A stretch of DNA of 63,998 nt, filler included, from Octopus bimaculoides (GCF_001194135.2; 6 parts of 6 records of this genome joined end to end with filler, not necessarily neighbours in it), one strand, 5' to 3'. Positions 39,136 to 51,345 are shown, counted from the whole stretch's first letter. The notes: a model not told the origin generated them from the letters alone. Made by a program: numbers and translations.

Positions 39136-39704
39136 AAATCCAGTTTTTACTACCATCTTTAAAGCAGTGTGGTAATTGATTTAAAAGAGAGTTGACTGCT
39201 ATTTCTAACAAGTCAAGCTTCTACATATGCTAGAGCCAACAAAAACATAGTTTCCATTAACGAGCGGATATTACAGCATTTAAAATCATACACAACACTA
39301 AGAATCAAGAAGTAAATCGTTCTTTTATTTATTTTATAATTTTTTTTTAATAATTTCTGGGTGTCATGTATGTTTGTTTAATTTTGTTTCAATGTCTAAC
39401 CGACCGAAATATGGCTGAGACAATATGTAACAATACGTCTCGCTTCAAGATCAATATGGTTGGTTTATCTGTACAACTGTATAACCGTGTAATTGTATAT
39501 AATAGATGGCTGGCAGAGATATCTCTGATAGTCTCTCCTATCATAATACCAAGGTATATATATATGCCACAGAAAGTAGTGCTTTAATAGTCGCTAACGG
39601 CCATTATATTCCAGGACAGCAATAAAACACGGAAAAGAATTGTACACATTTAAGACATTAAGTTTTATTATAAGAAGTCATTATTAGAAAACTCTAATGG
39701 TGTG

Positions 39705-39915
39705 GGGGGGGAGCAGAATATTTAGAGCGTCGGACAAAAAGCTTTTGAGGTATTTAGTTAATGCTCTTTCATTCTAAGTTCAAATCCCGCCGAGATCAAA
39801 CTATACGTTTCGTTCTTCCAGGATCGTTGAAATAAAGTACTAGTCAAATACTGGAATTGACATAATGCCCTGTTTTCTTCAAACCCCCAAATTCCTAACT
39901 GTATGTAAACGTTAA
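39705..39915 (+). mobile_element. Old SINE family D copy
   Basis: AGAGCGTCGGACAAAA...CTAAGTTCAAATCCCGCCGAGATCAAA...AATAAAGTAC. Confidence 0.65.
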
Positions 39916-39999
39916 AAACGTTTATTATAAGGCTGTAATAGATAGATAGATAGATTGATTGATTGATTGACACAAACACACACAGCACACATACGCATA

Positions 40000-40550
40000 C
40001 TCAGTTTTCTTGACTGTTGCATTGTAATATTGAATCAGATTTTTTTCTTTCAACACCTTTGTAATTCACTTCTCCACAATCAGCAGGTAACTCTCGCTTT
40101 TCTTCTATTTTTTTAAAACAATTCCTCAACTTCGCTATTTTTACTACAATACTAAATATTATTATCCACAACTTTACACATCCAGAAAGTTCCTTTGCCG
40201 ATTTGTCTTTGATCTATTATTCAGTTTTACTTTATTGTTCTTTGTGGTGTTCTTCTTCGTTATGATTCCAGACAATCTCATTCTTATTTCTCCTTTTCTT
40301 GTCTCATTCAATTCTTTGCAGAATCACTTTGCTTATAACAGCATGCGACATACTCTCAGCAGGGATTTCGTTTTCGCTTCATTCATTTAAACATATATCT
40401 TTGTTTATGCTTATCTGTAACTATACGTGGTCCTTTCTGGCTGACAGTATATTATCTGTCAAAATATTCAAGCGTATTAAACAACTCCTTCGGCTTGCTT
40501 TTCTCTGCCTCTCCTCCGTTGATAATTATATTGCTAAAATAACTAAACAA
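40000..40550 (-). mobile_element. Possible decayed non-LTR retrotransposon fragment (R4/Dong-like, upstream of RT)
   Basis: Purine-rich coding-like minus strand with weak resemblance to the pre-RT region; no intact motif. Confidence 0.3.
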
Positions 40551-40659
40551 TGCCTTGATGTGTGTGTGTGTGTGTGTGTGTGTGTGTNNNNNNNNNNTGA
40601 GTGTGTGTGTGCGTATGTGTGCATGCGCATGTGTGTGTGTTTGTGTATGTGTGTGCAAT

Positions 40660-40950
40660 TATAATATTCATGTTGGCAGTGAACTCTTTAGGAAGCATTT
40701 TCTACCTCATGACCTTCCATACAACCCCAAAGCAGCCCGACTAACAGAGCTCAAAGAAGACCTGAATGTGAAGCGCTCAGAATGCAAAAAAAGAAAAGAG
40801 ATAATGCAAGGTTATGTTTCCCGAAGACCTAAAGAAGACAATAATATCGGCATGGACTGTAGCCTGTCATGGATTCGTGACCGCTACATCAGATCACACT
40901 TCGAAGGCTATACATTTGCAATCCAAGAAACACTTTATAGAATGTTTTAG
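40660..40950 (+). mobile_element. R4/Dong-like LINE relic (post-RT region)
   Basis: 'KEIMQGYVSRR..SLSWIRDRYIRSHFEGYTFAIQE' matches the HG....SL.W.....TSHFEGY..AIQEQ stretch of R4/Dong-type elements (recognition). Confidence 0.65.
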
Positions 40951-41547
40951 TTTCAACAATAAATACTTACATCGTTTCTCCACCACAAGGGGGCAAAAAA
41001 CCCAATAGATCTGAACTCTTCTTTCAGATGGACCGCCATTAAGGACGAAAATGATTTGACGCGTAAATAATGAAAAAAATTTTCTTCACTCATCTCCTGG
41101 TTTCATAGCTTCAATCAATGGACTGCAAACATAGTATAACAACATAATTGAAATCTGTTATATTTTAAAACAAAAGTAACCACCGAGAAATAAAATGCTC
41201 AGCACATAACCAACGAACTGTGAATATGTTTATAAATAAACAAAATCAATATTTAATGGAAGTTTCTACTATTTCATTGTTTGTTCAAAATGTCGAGTTA
41301 ATGTGAAACAAAGATGAAATTTGAATGGCAACTGATCCAAATTCAAAATATTTCATCTTTAATTCATTTTAATTCAACAGTCTTTCTCTAAATGTCGATT
41401 TTATCCTAATAGTAATAATGATAATAATAATAATAACAACAACAAAATAATAATAATAATAATTAATGGTTTCAAACGGTTCTGCCAGCTCGCCGCTCTA
41501 GCAATAAGAACTATAATACTAGTAATAGCAATTACGTATGTATGTAT

Positions 41548-41594
<47 letters not shown>

Positions 41595-41624
41595 TTGCAT
41601 ATATATATATTTATACATTCTTTC

Positions 41625-41830
41625 TTTTATTCTTTTCTTTTACTTGCTTCAGTCATTTGACTACGGCCATGCTGGGGTACCGCCTTTAGTTGAGCAAATC
41701 GACCCCAGGACTTATTCATCGTAAGCTTACTACTTACTCTACTCTGTCGGTCTCTTTTGCCGAACCACTAAGTTACGGGGACGTAAACACAGCAGTTGTC
41801 AAGCTATGGTGGGAGAACAAACACAGACAA
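41625..41830 (-). mobile_element. SINE family B, 3' half (5' part lost in the (TA)n gap)
   Basis: Reverse complement of GTGTTTACGTCCCCGTAACTTAGTGGTTCGGCAAAAGAGACCGAC...GCATGGCCGTAGTCAAATGACTGAAGC. Confidence 0.85.
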
Positions 41831-41841
41831 ATATATACACT

Positions 41842-41878
<37 letters not shown>

Positions 41879-42232
41879 NNNNNNNNNNNNNNNNNNNNNN
41901 NNNNNNNNNNNNNNNNNNNNNNNNNNNNNNNNNNNNNNNNNNNNNNNNNNNNNNNNNNNNNNNNNNNNNNNNNNNNNNNNNNNNNNNNNNNNNNNNNNNN
42001 NNNNNNNNNNNNNNNNNNNNNNNNNNNNNNNNNNNNNNNNNNNNNNNNNNNNNNNNNNNNNNNNNNNNNNNNNNNNNNNNNNNNNNNNNNNNNNNNNNNN
42101 NNNNNNNNNNNNNNNNNNNNNNNNNNNNNNNNNNNNNNNNNNNNNNNNNNNNNNNNNNNNNNNNNNNNNNNNNNNNNNNNNNNNNNNNNNNNNNNNNNNN
42201 NNNNNNNNNNNNNNNNNNNNNNNNNNNNNNNN

Positions 42233-42284
<52 letters not shown>

Positions 42285-42647
42285 TATGCATACATGTATG
42301 TATTAATGTGTGTGTGTGTGAATATATGTATCGATATATATGTCACATGACATAGAAGTGAGGTTTGGGATTTGTCTGTGCTACATTTCTGACAACATCC
42401 GTTAAGTAAGCTGCCATTGCCATCAAAGAACTCCACATGACTCTATTTTACTATCACAGCTATTTCAACTGACAGAAAATGCAGAAGATATCGCATTTGA
42501 GAAATATTAAGATCTTACACTTGCACATACAGACATACTGATTTTTTTCCACACACACACACGCTCATTCACGCACACGCACACAAACACATAGATACAT
42601 ATATGTGTGTCTGTGTGCATGACATACCTACACATGCAAACACACAT

Positions 42648-42684
<37 letters not shown>

Positions 42685-42691
42685 CATATAT

Positions 42692-42769
<78 letters not shown>

Positions 42770-43369
42770 TGATTGATTGATAAACAGACAAATGCTTTTT
42801 ACAATACACAGTTCATCTAAGGCGAGAATATTTTCCCTGAGAGAGCGCAATTAGAAATTCCTAATTGATTAAATTAATTAATGCTATAGCAGCCATGTTT
42901 GTGTGAAAAAAGAAATAAACAAAAGAAAGAATTTCGAATATATTACTTATTGATGTTGTAAAGTTAGAACAATAATTATGGTGTTACGGTGGACTTAACC
43001 CAGATAACAGGTAAAGCATTATCTGAACCCAAACGACTGAACGTAGGGAAATATGCGCACAAATATGAAGCACCTTCATTGTAAGGCATTCATATCTGGA
43101 ACGCGTAACGAGAAATATGGGACACTGGCAGCAGATATCCATAAAGAAATGAATATAGGTTGTATATATGTATATATATATATATATATATATNNNNNNN
43201 NNNNNNNNNNNNNNNNNNNNNNNNNNNNNNNNNNNNNNNNNNNNNNNNNNNNNNNNNNNNNNNNNNNNNNNNNNNNNNNNNNNNNNNNNNNNNNNNNNNN
43301 NNNNNNNNNNNNNNNNNNNNNNNNNNNNNNNNNNNNNNNNNNNNNNNNNNNNNNNNNNNNNNATATACA

Positions 43370-43402
<33 letters not shown>

Positions 43403-43454
43403 AAAAAGAGATACATATGTATGTGTGTATGAATTTAAATATGTATATATATGT

Positions 43455-43498
<44 letters not shown>

Positions 43499-44187
43499 TC
43501 ACACACGCACACGCATACATAGATAATACGTACATATATATTAGGACAGTGTGTGTGTGCGTGTGTGCGTGTGTGTGTCTGTGTCTGTGTCAGTGTGTAT
43601 AAACACACACACGTTTGCTATTATCTTCTTAAATTCCTCTTATCTCTGTATTATACGACAATTGATTTATGAATACATTAAGTGGTGTCAATGTCTGAAA
43701 GCTAATTAATCAATATGTAACACACAATTTGTATATCTCGGGAAAATAATTTAATAAATGAAACTCGCATCTTCAGACTTTGAGTCATTGAGTCTGGAAA
43801 TAAGACGTAAACGACAAGGAGAATTTTTAATCAGGCACCGCCGTGTTTATAACGACAATCAAACTCGACCACCATGAGACAGCCATTGAGTGTGCATGGC
43901 TTGTTCTTATGCTTGAACCAGCAGTTTTAATTACATCCTGTTGTTTAGACATTGTTTAGACCGATAAGGAATAATCATGGCTGGCATGCCATGTGTGATC
44001 AGAAGGCTGTTTAGTGTCAAGACCCGTAATAGCATGTCGTTGCGATGGTCGAGGATAGAAATATTTTTGATTTAAAGTCTGTTGAGTCTGGAAGGAACAT
44101 TTTTTGCTGATGTGGACTTGAGTTTTAACAGCAACCTCAAACGCATGAACAACTATTACATCAAACATAGTAACCCTAACAACAACA

Positions 44188-44242
<55 letters not shown>

Positions 44243-44364
44243 TTGCTGCTGCTATTACTACTCGTAGTAAGTTAGTGAGGGAAGCCTGAAGTGGTCGCTT
44301 ATTTTCAAAGAAATAGGAACCGAATCTCCCACTCTTCTGTAAAGTAGGAAGATCAGACGGTTCT

Positions 44365-44540
44365 GTTCTAGACGAAATGCTTAGCGGCATTTCTTCTGAG
44401 ATCAAATCCAGCTGAGGTCAATTTTGACTTCCACCCTTTCGGGGTTGATAAAATAGGGTACCAGTCGACTTGGCGTCGATGGAATCAACTTACCCTGCCC
44501 CACTCAAAATTGCTGGCCTTGTGCTAAAACTGTAAACAAT
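44365..44540 (+). mobile_element. SINE family D copy (5' truncated)
   Basis: GACGAAATGCTTAGCGGCATTTC...CCCTTTCGGGGTTGATAAAATAGGGTACCAGT...GCTGGCCTTGTGC. Confidence 0.8.
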
Positions 44541-44551
44541 CATAATTACTA

Positions 44552-44760
44552 GCTTCAAATTTTAGCAAAAGGTCAGCAATTTCGGGGAAGGGGTAAGTCG
44601 ATTACATCGACCCCAGTACGCAACTGGTACTTAATTTATCTACCACGAAAGGATGAAAGGCTACAGCGACCGCGGCGGAATTTGAACTCAGAACGTTAAG
44701 ACAGACGAAATACCGCTAAGCATTTTGCCTGGCGTGCTAACGTTTCTGCCAGCTCGCCAC
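44552..44760 (-). mobile_element. SINE family D copy (full length)
   Basis: Minus strand GTGGCGAGCTGGCAGAAACGTTAGCACGCCAGGC...TCTGAGTTCAAATTCCGCCG...TTTGAAGC. Confidence 0.9.
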
Positions 44761-44893
44761 TGTCAAGAATTATAATTATTATTAACAATGTGGTATCGAT
44801 GTAAACTTGGTGTTTGGTAAGTTGTACACCTACTGATAGCATTTGTCGGTTCCCTTCTTCCAAGCTTTTTTTTTTTTTTACGATAAGAACTTA

Positions 44894-45100
44894 CAGTAAT
44901 CCTTCGCCATATCGCGGTCCACCTGTCGCGCACTCAGTACATCGCGGATTTTTTCTGGCTAATGTATGTAAATTCATATCGGGACTCCTCAGTATATCGT
45001 GGATTTCTGCGGCCGATAGGTTTTTATAATTTTTTAGATTTTTTATTATTTCTGTGGGAGGTTTTTGAACCTAACACCCACGATAGTCGAGAGATTACTG
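44894..45100. mobile_element. Tigger/pogo-like MITE (207 bp)
   Basis: Terminal inverted repeats CAGTAATCCTTCGCCATATCGCGG and CCACGATAGTCGAGAGATTACTG flanked by TA on both sides. Confidence 0.8.
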
Positions 45101-45504
45101 TATTTAATTTTGAGCTTTAAAATAAGGGCTTGTGCGTGTTTTCTGTAAGAGAATATAAGTTAGGTGGTACGTGTGAGATAAGTCTATCAAGTGATGTAGA
45201 CATTTTGTCTGTCATTTAAAATATGTATCAAATAAGACGCTAATATCTTATAGAATGTAAATATAGTAGCTCCCGTTTTCTGAAGCTTCTATATTTGACA
45301 TGTATATAAACTTCTCCGACATTGGGTTAAGTGATGTTTCTTCTGACGAGAACCCTCGTCACGGGTCGAAAAACGCTTAAGGCTGTTTAACACTTTTATC
45401 AGTTTTCGAAGAAATAGGTAAATTTGACATGTTTGCCTGTCTACTATGCAGGTTTACATATATCTACACATATCACCGTTTGAGGGAGTCAGGAGGAAAC
45501 TCAC

Positions 45505-45724
45505 TGTGCCGCATCCGCTAAGGCTAACAACTTCTTCTCATCGATGGGAAACCTTCCAGAGAAACAAGAAATTAGTACCAATGCATCACATGTCCCATCA
45601 TTTTTAAGACCCGCTACTAAATTCTTGTTTAGTGCTATGAAGCATTTGAACACCTCAAAATTCGAAATTTGTTTATTCCAAGGAAACATTCTGAAAAGAA
45701 TCTGGTGCCTATTTGTTATGGCTT
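45505..45724 (-). CDS. Probable 220-nt internal coding exon of an unidentified protein
   Basis: Acceptor ttattttatatgctag and consensus donor CA|gtgagt; open frame (E)AITNRHQILFRMFPWNKQISNFEVFKCFIALNKNLVAGLKNDGTCDALVLISCFSGRFPIDEKKLLALADAA with globular-like composition; family not recognised. Confidence 0.5.
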
Positions 45725-46550
45725 CTAGCATATAAAATAAAGTTGTTTTATTTTTATAATTTATTTTATTTTCTCTGAAGAAGAAAAAAAAACATCTTTA
45801 TAATGCTTTTGCTGGTGTGTTTTCCAGGATTTCTAAACCGTAGAAGAAACGTGGTATATTTATTTTCCTTTATTTTATTTTCTCTGCAAAAAAATAAATA
45901 AAATGTTTACAGTGGATTTGATCTTCCGTACGGCATTTTCTCAAATACTCAATCTTCTTGGCCTTGTTCTGCATACTACAAGCGCACTATTATCCCCCAG
46001 TGTTAAACCATAAAGTACGATATTTTTACTAGAAAAAGATGCCGTTAATCAAATAATTAATAATGTATTTATACGTCAGATATTTCAGTAGTGTTGAAAT
46101 GGTTCTGTCAAAAGCTTTTTAAAGAATGAGAAACAATAATTTATTTATACTTTTAATTGTGTGCACTCTGTGTCATCATAGGCGAATTTAAATGCAGATG
46201 AATAAACTCTCAAAGACAAAGCTGTGTACAAGGAATTTGGCTCAGAGTATAAGCATATTTACAACAGCATCGATTTTTAGAATTAAATAAGTCACGAATC
46301 TATCAGGATAGAACGACAAGTGTCAGTGTAAAGTGATTTAACTGCGTTAATAGTAAATGTACACTATCACTCAATGTCCAGTATATATATAAATTCCGAA
46401 TATTTGTGTAGATGTGTATAGAATAATATATCAGTTGAATAAAGCTAAACATGATCTGGTTTCCACGCTTTCTAAAATACCATAATAAAAAAATGTGAAA
46501 ACCGGACAATGTTTTAACTTTATTCAACTGATATATGCATTTATACGTTA

Positions 46551-46953
46551 AGGCGGCGAGCTGGCAGAAGCGTTAGCACGCCGGGCGAAATGCTTAGCGG
46601 TATTTCGTCTGTCGCTACGTTCTGAGTTCAAATTCCGCCGAGGTCGACTTTGCCTTTCATCCTTTCGGGGTCGATTAAATAAGTACCAATTACGCACTGG
46701 GATCGATATAATCGACTTAATCCGTTTGTCTGTCCTTGTTTGTCCCCTCTGTGTGTAGCCCCTTGTAGGCAGTAAAGAAATAAGAAACGTTAGCACGCCG
46801 AGCGAAATACTTACCGGTATTTCGTCTGTCTTTACGTTCTGAGTTCAAATTCCGCCGAGGTAGACTTTACCTTTCATCCTTTCGTGGTCGATAAATTAAG
46901 TACCAGTTGATGTAATCCCAAAAAATTCCGGACCTTGTTCCTAAAGTAGAAAA

Positions 46954-46957
<4 letters not shown>
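46551..46957 (+). mobile_element. Head-to-tail dimer of SINE family D (46551-46783 and 46784-46957)
   Basis: Two near-identical 5' cores; first unit has a distinct tail (TTTGTCCCCTCTGTGTGTAGCCCCTTGT...AAAGAAATAA); second lacks about 14 nt at its 5' end. Confidence 0.9.
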
Positions 46958-46988
<31 letters not shown>

Positions 46989-47019
46989 TAGATAGATTTG
47001 TGTTGCAAGATTCCTAATG

Positions 47020-47290
47020 TGAAGCCGTGTGTTGAATCATATATTGTATTTCAGGGTGGTCATATTTTTTTAACCAAATAAATATGCACTGTATATTCGG
47101 TCTTCACCCATTTATTACTGTTCTTATTCTAACTCATATCCATTGTTCGGAAATCTTTCGTCATACATCTGTGACCTCTTCAGTGACACTTTCAGTCTTC
47201 ATGTGTGTTCTTGCTCCGCTTATTCCATTCTCAGATCGTGGATTTTTTTTCTAGATTCCTAGATGATATTCCTCTATTCTAACCTTTAAG
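47020..47290 (-). mobile_element. Possible Penelope-type pseudo-LTR remnant
   Basis: Contains CTGAAGAG-GTCA..TGAC-GAAA (hammerhead-like core) on the minus strand at 47156-47183. Confidence 0.4.
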
Positions 47291-47785
47291 ATATTCCTTT
47301 CTTCTAACCTTCAAGACCCATTTATTAGCCTTTCTGCCAATACATGGAATATTTTACATAGTGCTCAAGCCACTATTGGATAAATGAAAGTTTGGTAACG
47401 AATCTAAACTCAGCAGGCTTCATGTTATGCTCCATCGATACCCTACTTTTGTTGGCACTCCACCGTTCTCATTTTCGAACATTCTGCCACTCCTTTAACC
47501 TTCACATTTTACCCTCCTTGTCGCATTGACATTGCCCTGAATATTTCACTGTCCTTAACATCCTACTGCTTGCCATTCCATACTTCAAACCATACGATTC
47601 TCTTAGTCCCTCCACGGACCCTGTTACATTACATTTCCTGTCACTCTGCATTCCCTACTACCATTCTCTCTCTGTTATTCCACACTTTATACCACACTGT
47701 GCCTTTTGTTCTTTCTCCATACTATATTGCCCTATATTCCTTTGTCAATCCCCACTTCCTATTTTAGTATCCTTTTGGTCTACAT

Positions 47786-48186
47786 CAGTGGTTCGTAACT
47801 TTTCTTTCTTTTTGTTGCGCTCTTTTTCAAGTTGCTGTTGAGCCTAACGCCCACCTAAGGGGTGAGTGAACGCCCACCTAAGTGGTGACTAAACATGAAT
47901 TGTATAAGCTTTTAACAGTGAAATGATAGAAAATTAATAAAGACAAATGTTGTGAATTCACTTTATACGTTGCAAGTTAATGACTTCCTTGTATCTCATT
48001 TTATTTTAATAATCTTAACTGGCTTTATCATGTATAATTAATGTGGTATATATGTATAACATAATTACAACTATAGGTAAAATTTAGTATGTTATTTATG
48101 TGACCTCACCGCCCCCTAAATCTTAACGCCCCCTTCGACATGCCCAGAGCCCTTTGGGGGCGGTACCGCCAGCATTGAGAACCTTG
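47786..48186. mobile_element. hAT (Charlie-like) MITE, 401 bp
   Basis: Ends CAGTGGTTCGTAAC and TTGAGAACCTTG; 8-bp target duplication GTCTACAT (47778-47785) and GTCTACAA (48187-48194), 7 of 8 identical. Confidence 0.75.
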
Positions 48187-48680
48187 GTCTACAAAAATGT
48201 GCTGTGATGGAGAATCTGAAGTCTCCACCATGCTGCACCCACGCTGTCCCTTCTCAGTCTTCGCCACACTTCTGTCCTCTCACAGTCTCTACCATACTAC
48301 ATACCTGTCCCTCATTAGACCCTACTACTTTGCACACCTGTCCATTCCCAGCCCATGCTACACAATTCCCTCTATTACTTCACACTCCATACCACAGTAT
48401 TCTCTCTGTCCATTCACAGTCCATGCCACACTCAGTCCTCTCTCAATTCACGCTCTGTACTACAGTACTTTCCGTGTCCCTCTTTTGTCCCCGCCACACT
48501 TCTGCCTTCAGTCCAAATCCCATACCAAACTACACCCCCCTTTCCCTCCACAACCCCTATCACATTACATCTCCGCGTCCATCCGCAGTCTTTGCCACTC
48601 AATTCCCAGCAATAGTCCACTCTAAATATCGACAGATGTCACGTTATAATAGATCACAATTTATCGCTTTACTCCTACAG

Positions 48681-48799
48681 CTCCAGTTGACAAGGAAGCT
48701 GAAAGCACGAAATTAGCAACTGGTTTGTATAAAACTGTTGACTTCAAATATTTGCTCAAACGACTTTCTGATAGCAAGATAATGACAAGTGTCTATTGA
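48681..48799 (+). CDS. Weak candidate terminal coding exon
   Basis: Strong acceptor tttatcgctttactcctacag; frame (A)PVDKEAESTKLATGLYKTVDFKYLLKRLSDSKIMTSVY*; could be chance. Confidence 0.2.
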
Positions 48800-48924
48800 C
48801 AAGTATTAATACATGTGCGTATATGTGTGCGCGCGTAGGTGTGTATATTTGTGTGTTAGTATTTCATGTGTTGTTGGTCCGTATCACTGGGCGTATAAGG
48901 TTAGTCTATGTGAGTGTGTGAAGA

Positions 48925-49160
48925 TTTCATGTGGTCAAGTGGTTAAGACTCGCTTTGCAATTAAGAGGTCATGCGTTCAACCACACTGCGTGGAATCTTC
49001 GGTGGATAAGTGCCTTTTGCCACAGCTTCAGGTCTGCTCAAACTTTGTGAATGAAAATACGTAAAAAGAAAATGGTCAGAAGCCCATTGAAAGGATTGAA
49101 CCTCTACACAGATGATCCAGCTGTGTCACACACTGTGTCCCATTGATTCTGAACTTGTCA
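48925..49160 (+). mobile_element. Old tRNA-derived SINE related to the family B head
   Basis: GTGGTCAAGTGGTTAAG A box, GCGTTCAACCACACTGCGTGG, GATAAGTGCCTTTT...AGAAGCCC. Confidence 0.55.
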
Positions 49161-49299
49161 GTAAAACAAATCTAATTTAACGAGTTCGTAGTTTAGGTGA
49201 TAGAACAACACAAATGTTCATCGTCGAAACTGATGAAAGACCACCATCATCATCATCATCATTATCGTCGTCGTCGTCGACGTCACCATCCACGTCGTC

Positions 49300-50540
49300 G
49301 TTGTCACTATCATCATCTGCGTATGTGCGTCTATTTGTGCGTATGATGACTTGTCGGTTTGTGCTATCGGCCATGATGGAGTGTGTTCGTTTGTGTTAGC
49401 ATCTTGTGTGCGTGTTCGTGTGCGTATATATGTGTGTGCGCATTTGTAGATATATTTGGTATATCTAATATTATGTCTCAGTATATATGTGTACATTTTA
49501 ATAGGTGTGCGCTAATCTGTGTTAATATATGTATTGGATGTTTTTCTATGTGTATGCTACTGGCTATGTTGAGAAGTGGGTTTGGTCGGTTTGGTGTATG
49601 CGTTAATGTCTATTAATGTGTTGATATGCGAAGTCGTCGGTGTATTAGTGATTGTGTTGGTGTGTGTTGTGTGCTGTGTATATTGATGATGTGTTACAAC
49701 GTATTGTATCTCTTACTGTGTCTCCGTGGTTGTTTTATTCCGTCTTATGCCATTTTTTTATGGAGTGTCTGTCTTGATGGTTCGGTTAGTATGCATATAG
49801 TAGTGAAGATTTGTTAGTGTGTGGGTAGTTGGTGAGTTTGTGTTGGTGTAAGTAAACGTGAATATTGGTGTAAGTATGTGAGACTATCAGAGCATGTAGA
49901 TATATATGCTAGTGCATTGAAAATAAGAGCGTGTATAGGTGTGTGTCGAGGCATTACTGAATTAATATTGGTGAGCATTTGTTTGTGTGTGAGCAGTTGG
50001 TGAGCTGATTTGTGACGGTGGGTGCATACTAGTGTATACTAGTTTGTATGTATTAAGTATGAGTGTGTGTGTATTTTTGTTAGGATATTTCTGGATTAAT
50101 GTTAGTGTGTATTTGTTTGTGTGTGGGTAGTTGGTGTATGTAAGTGTGAGCGTTGTTGTATATGTCTATGCTAGTATGTGTGCTTTGAACGTGAGTGTGT
50201 ATGTGTGCACCTGTGTAAGAAACATTACTGGCGTTAGTACGCTCATATGTGTGTAAGCTGATATTTAAGTGATTTGTTGATGCATGTATGCCGTTGGTAT
50301 ATGTTAGTATGTGTTGATGTAAATGTGTGCTGGTCTCTTTATACCGTGATTGCGTTTATCTATCCATATTCTGTGAGTGTATACGCATTCGTAGATTAAT
50401 CTGTTTATATTCCATATGGATGTTTGTGTATATTTGTGTGCGTTTGTGTGCATACATGTAAAGTGTGTGTGTGTGTGTGTTTGTATGTGCATATGTGTAT
50501 GCTTATGTATTTGTATGTATGTACGCGAGTGTTTGAGCTG
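49300..50540. repeat. Degenerate TG-rich low-complexity tract
   Basis: About 1.2 kb of decayed (TG)n; ORFs within it are compositional artefacts. Confidence 0.75.
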
Positions 50541-50900
50541 GTGGCTTTTTGTTTTGTTTAGTTTTCTGATAAACTAAAACAGGAAGTTAGCCTGGAGTAA
50601 CAATAAAAAAAGCTAAATTGTCTGCCTACTACTACTACTACTACTAATGGCAATGATAATTCTCTTACTAGTACTGCAACCTCTACCACCGCAATTTGTA
50701 CCTCCCCTCGCGACACTAACACAGTTATTACCTTCACTATCATAACAATTACTGCAACCAACATTAATGTTATTACTCTCTACAAGTGTTACTAGTATGC
50801 TGTGCTACAATTACGACGATCATCACAAAATTATTACTACTACTTTCGCCACCACTACTGCTATTACTACTACTACTACTGGCTCCACCATTGCTATTTA

Positions 50901-51108
50901 TAATGATCCTTTCTATTAAAGGGGCAATGCCTGAAATCTTTGAGGAGGGGACTAATCGATTACATAAACTCCAGTACGCAACTGGTACTTAAGTTATCGA
51001 CCCCGAAAGGATGAAAAGCAAAGTCAACCTCAGCAGGATTTGAACTCAGAACATGAAGATGGACGAAAGGGTGCTACGCGTGCTAACGATTATGCCATCT
51101 CATCGCCT
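50901..51108 (-). mobile_element. SINE family D copy
   Basis: ACTGGTACTTAAGTTATCGACCCCGAAAGGATGAAAAGCAAAGTCAACCTC...TTTGAACTCAGAAC...GTGCTAACGAT. Confidence 0.85.
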
Positions 51109-51234
51109 TGAATTGCTATTAACGATAATAACGATGATTTATTTCTTATGTTTATTCTAGTCCACGAACTTGCTATGGTGAGCATTCATGGCTGATTGGC
51201 TTCGCAATTGCTTTTTTTTTCGAGAGAGGAATGC

Positions 51235-51345
51235 ATAATAAAATCTCCCACGTCAGAATTTGACCTCAGAACGTAAAGAGACGCAGCTCAATGCTGCAAG
51301 GCATTTTCCCCTGCATTCCATTAATCATATCCCACGCCACCTTAT
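51235..51345 (-). mobile_element. Old SINE family D 5' fragment
   Basis: AGAATTTGACCTCAGAACGTAAAGAGACG...AAGGCATTTT. Confidence 0.55.

Noticed and set aside
42345-42445. Short protein-like frame MWSSLMAMAAYLTDVVRNVAQTNPKPHFYVM (minus strand)
   Set aside because: In-frame stop just upstream, poor acceptor, no donor; insufficient support.
43956-44405. 149-aa minus-strand ORF
   Set aside because: Built from a SINE fragment, a (GTA)n poly-Val run and unrecognised sequence; no coherent splice signals.
48197-48716. Three overlapping ORFs of 86-170 aa
   Set aside because: Pyrimidine-rich low-complexity tract lacking stops by composition.
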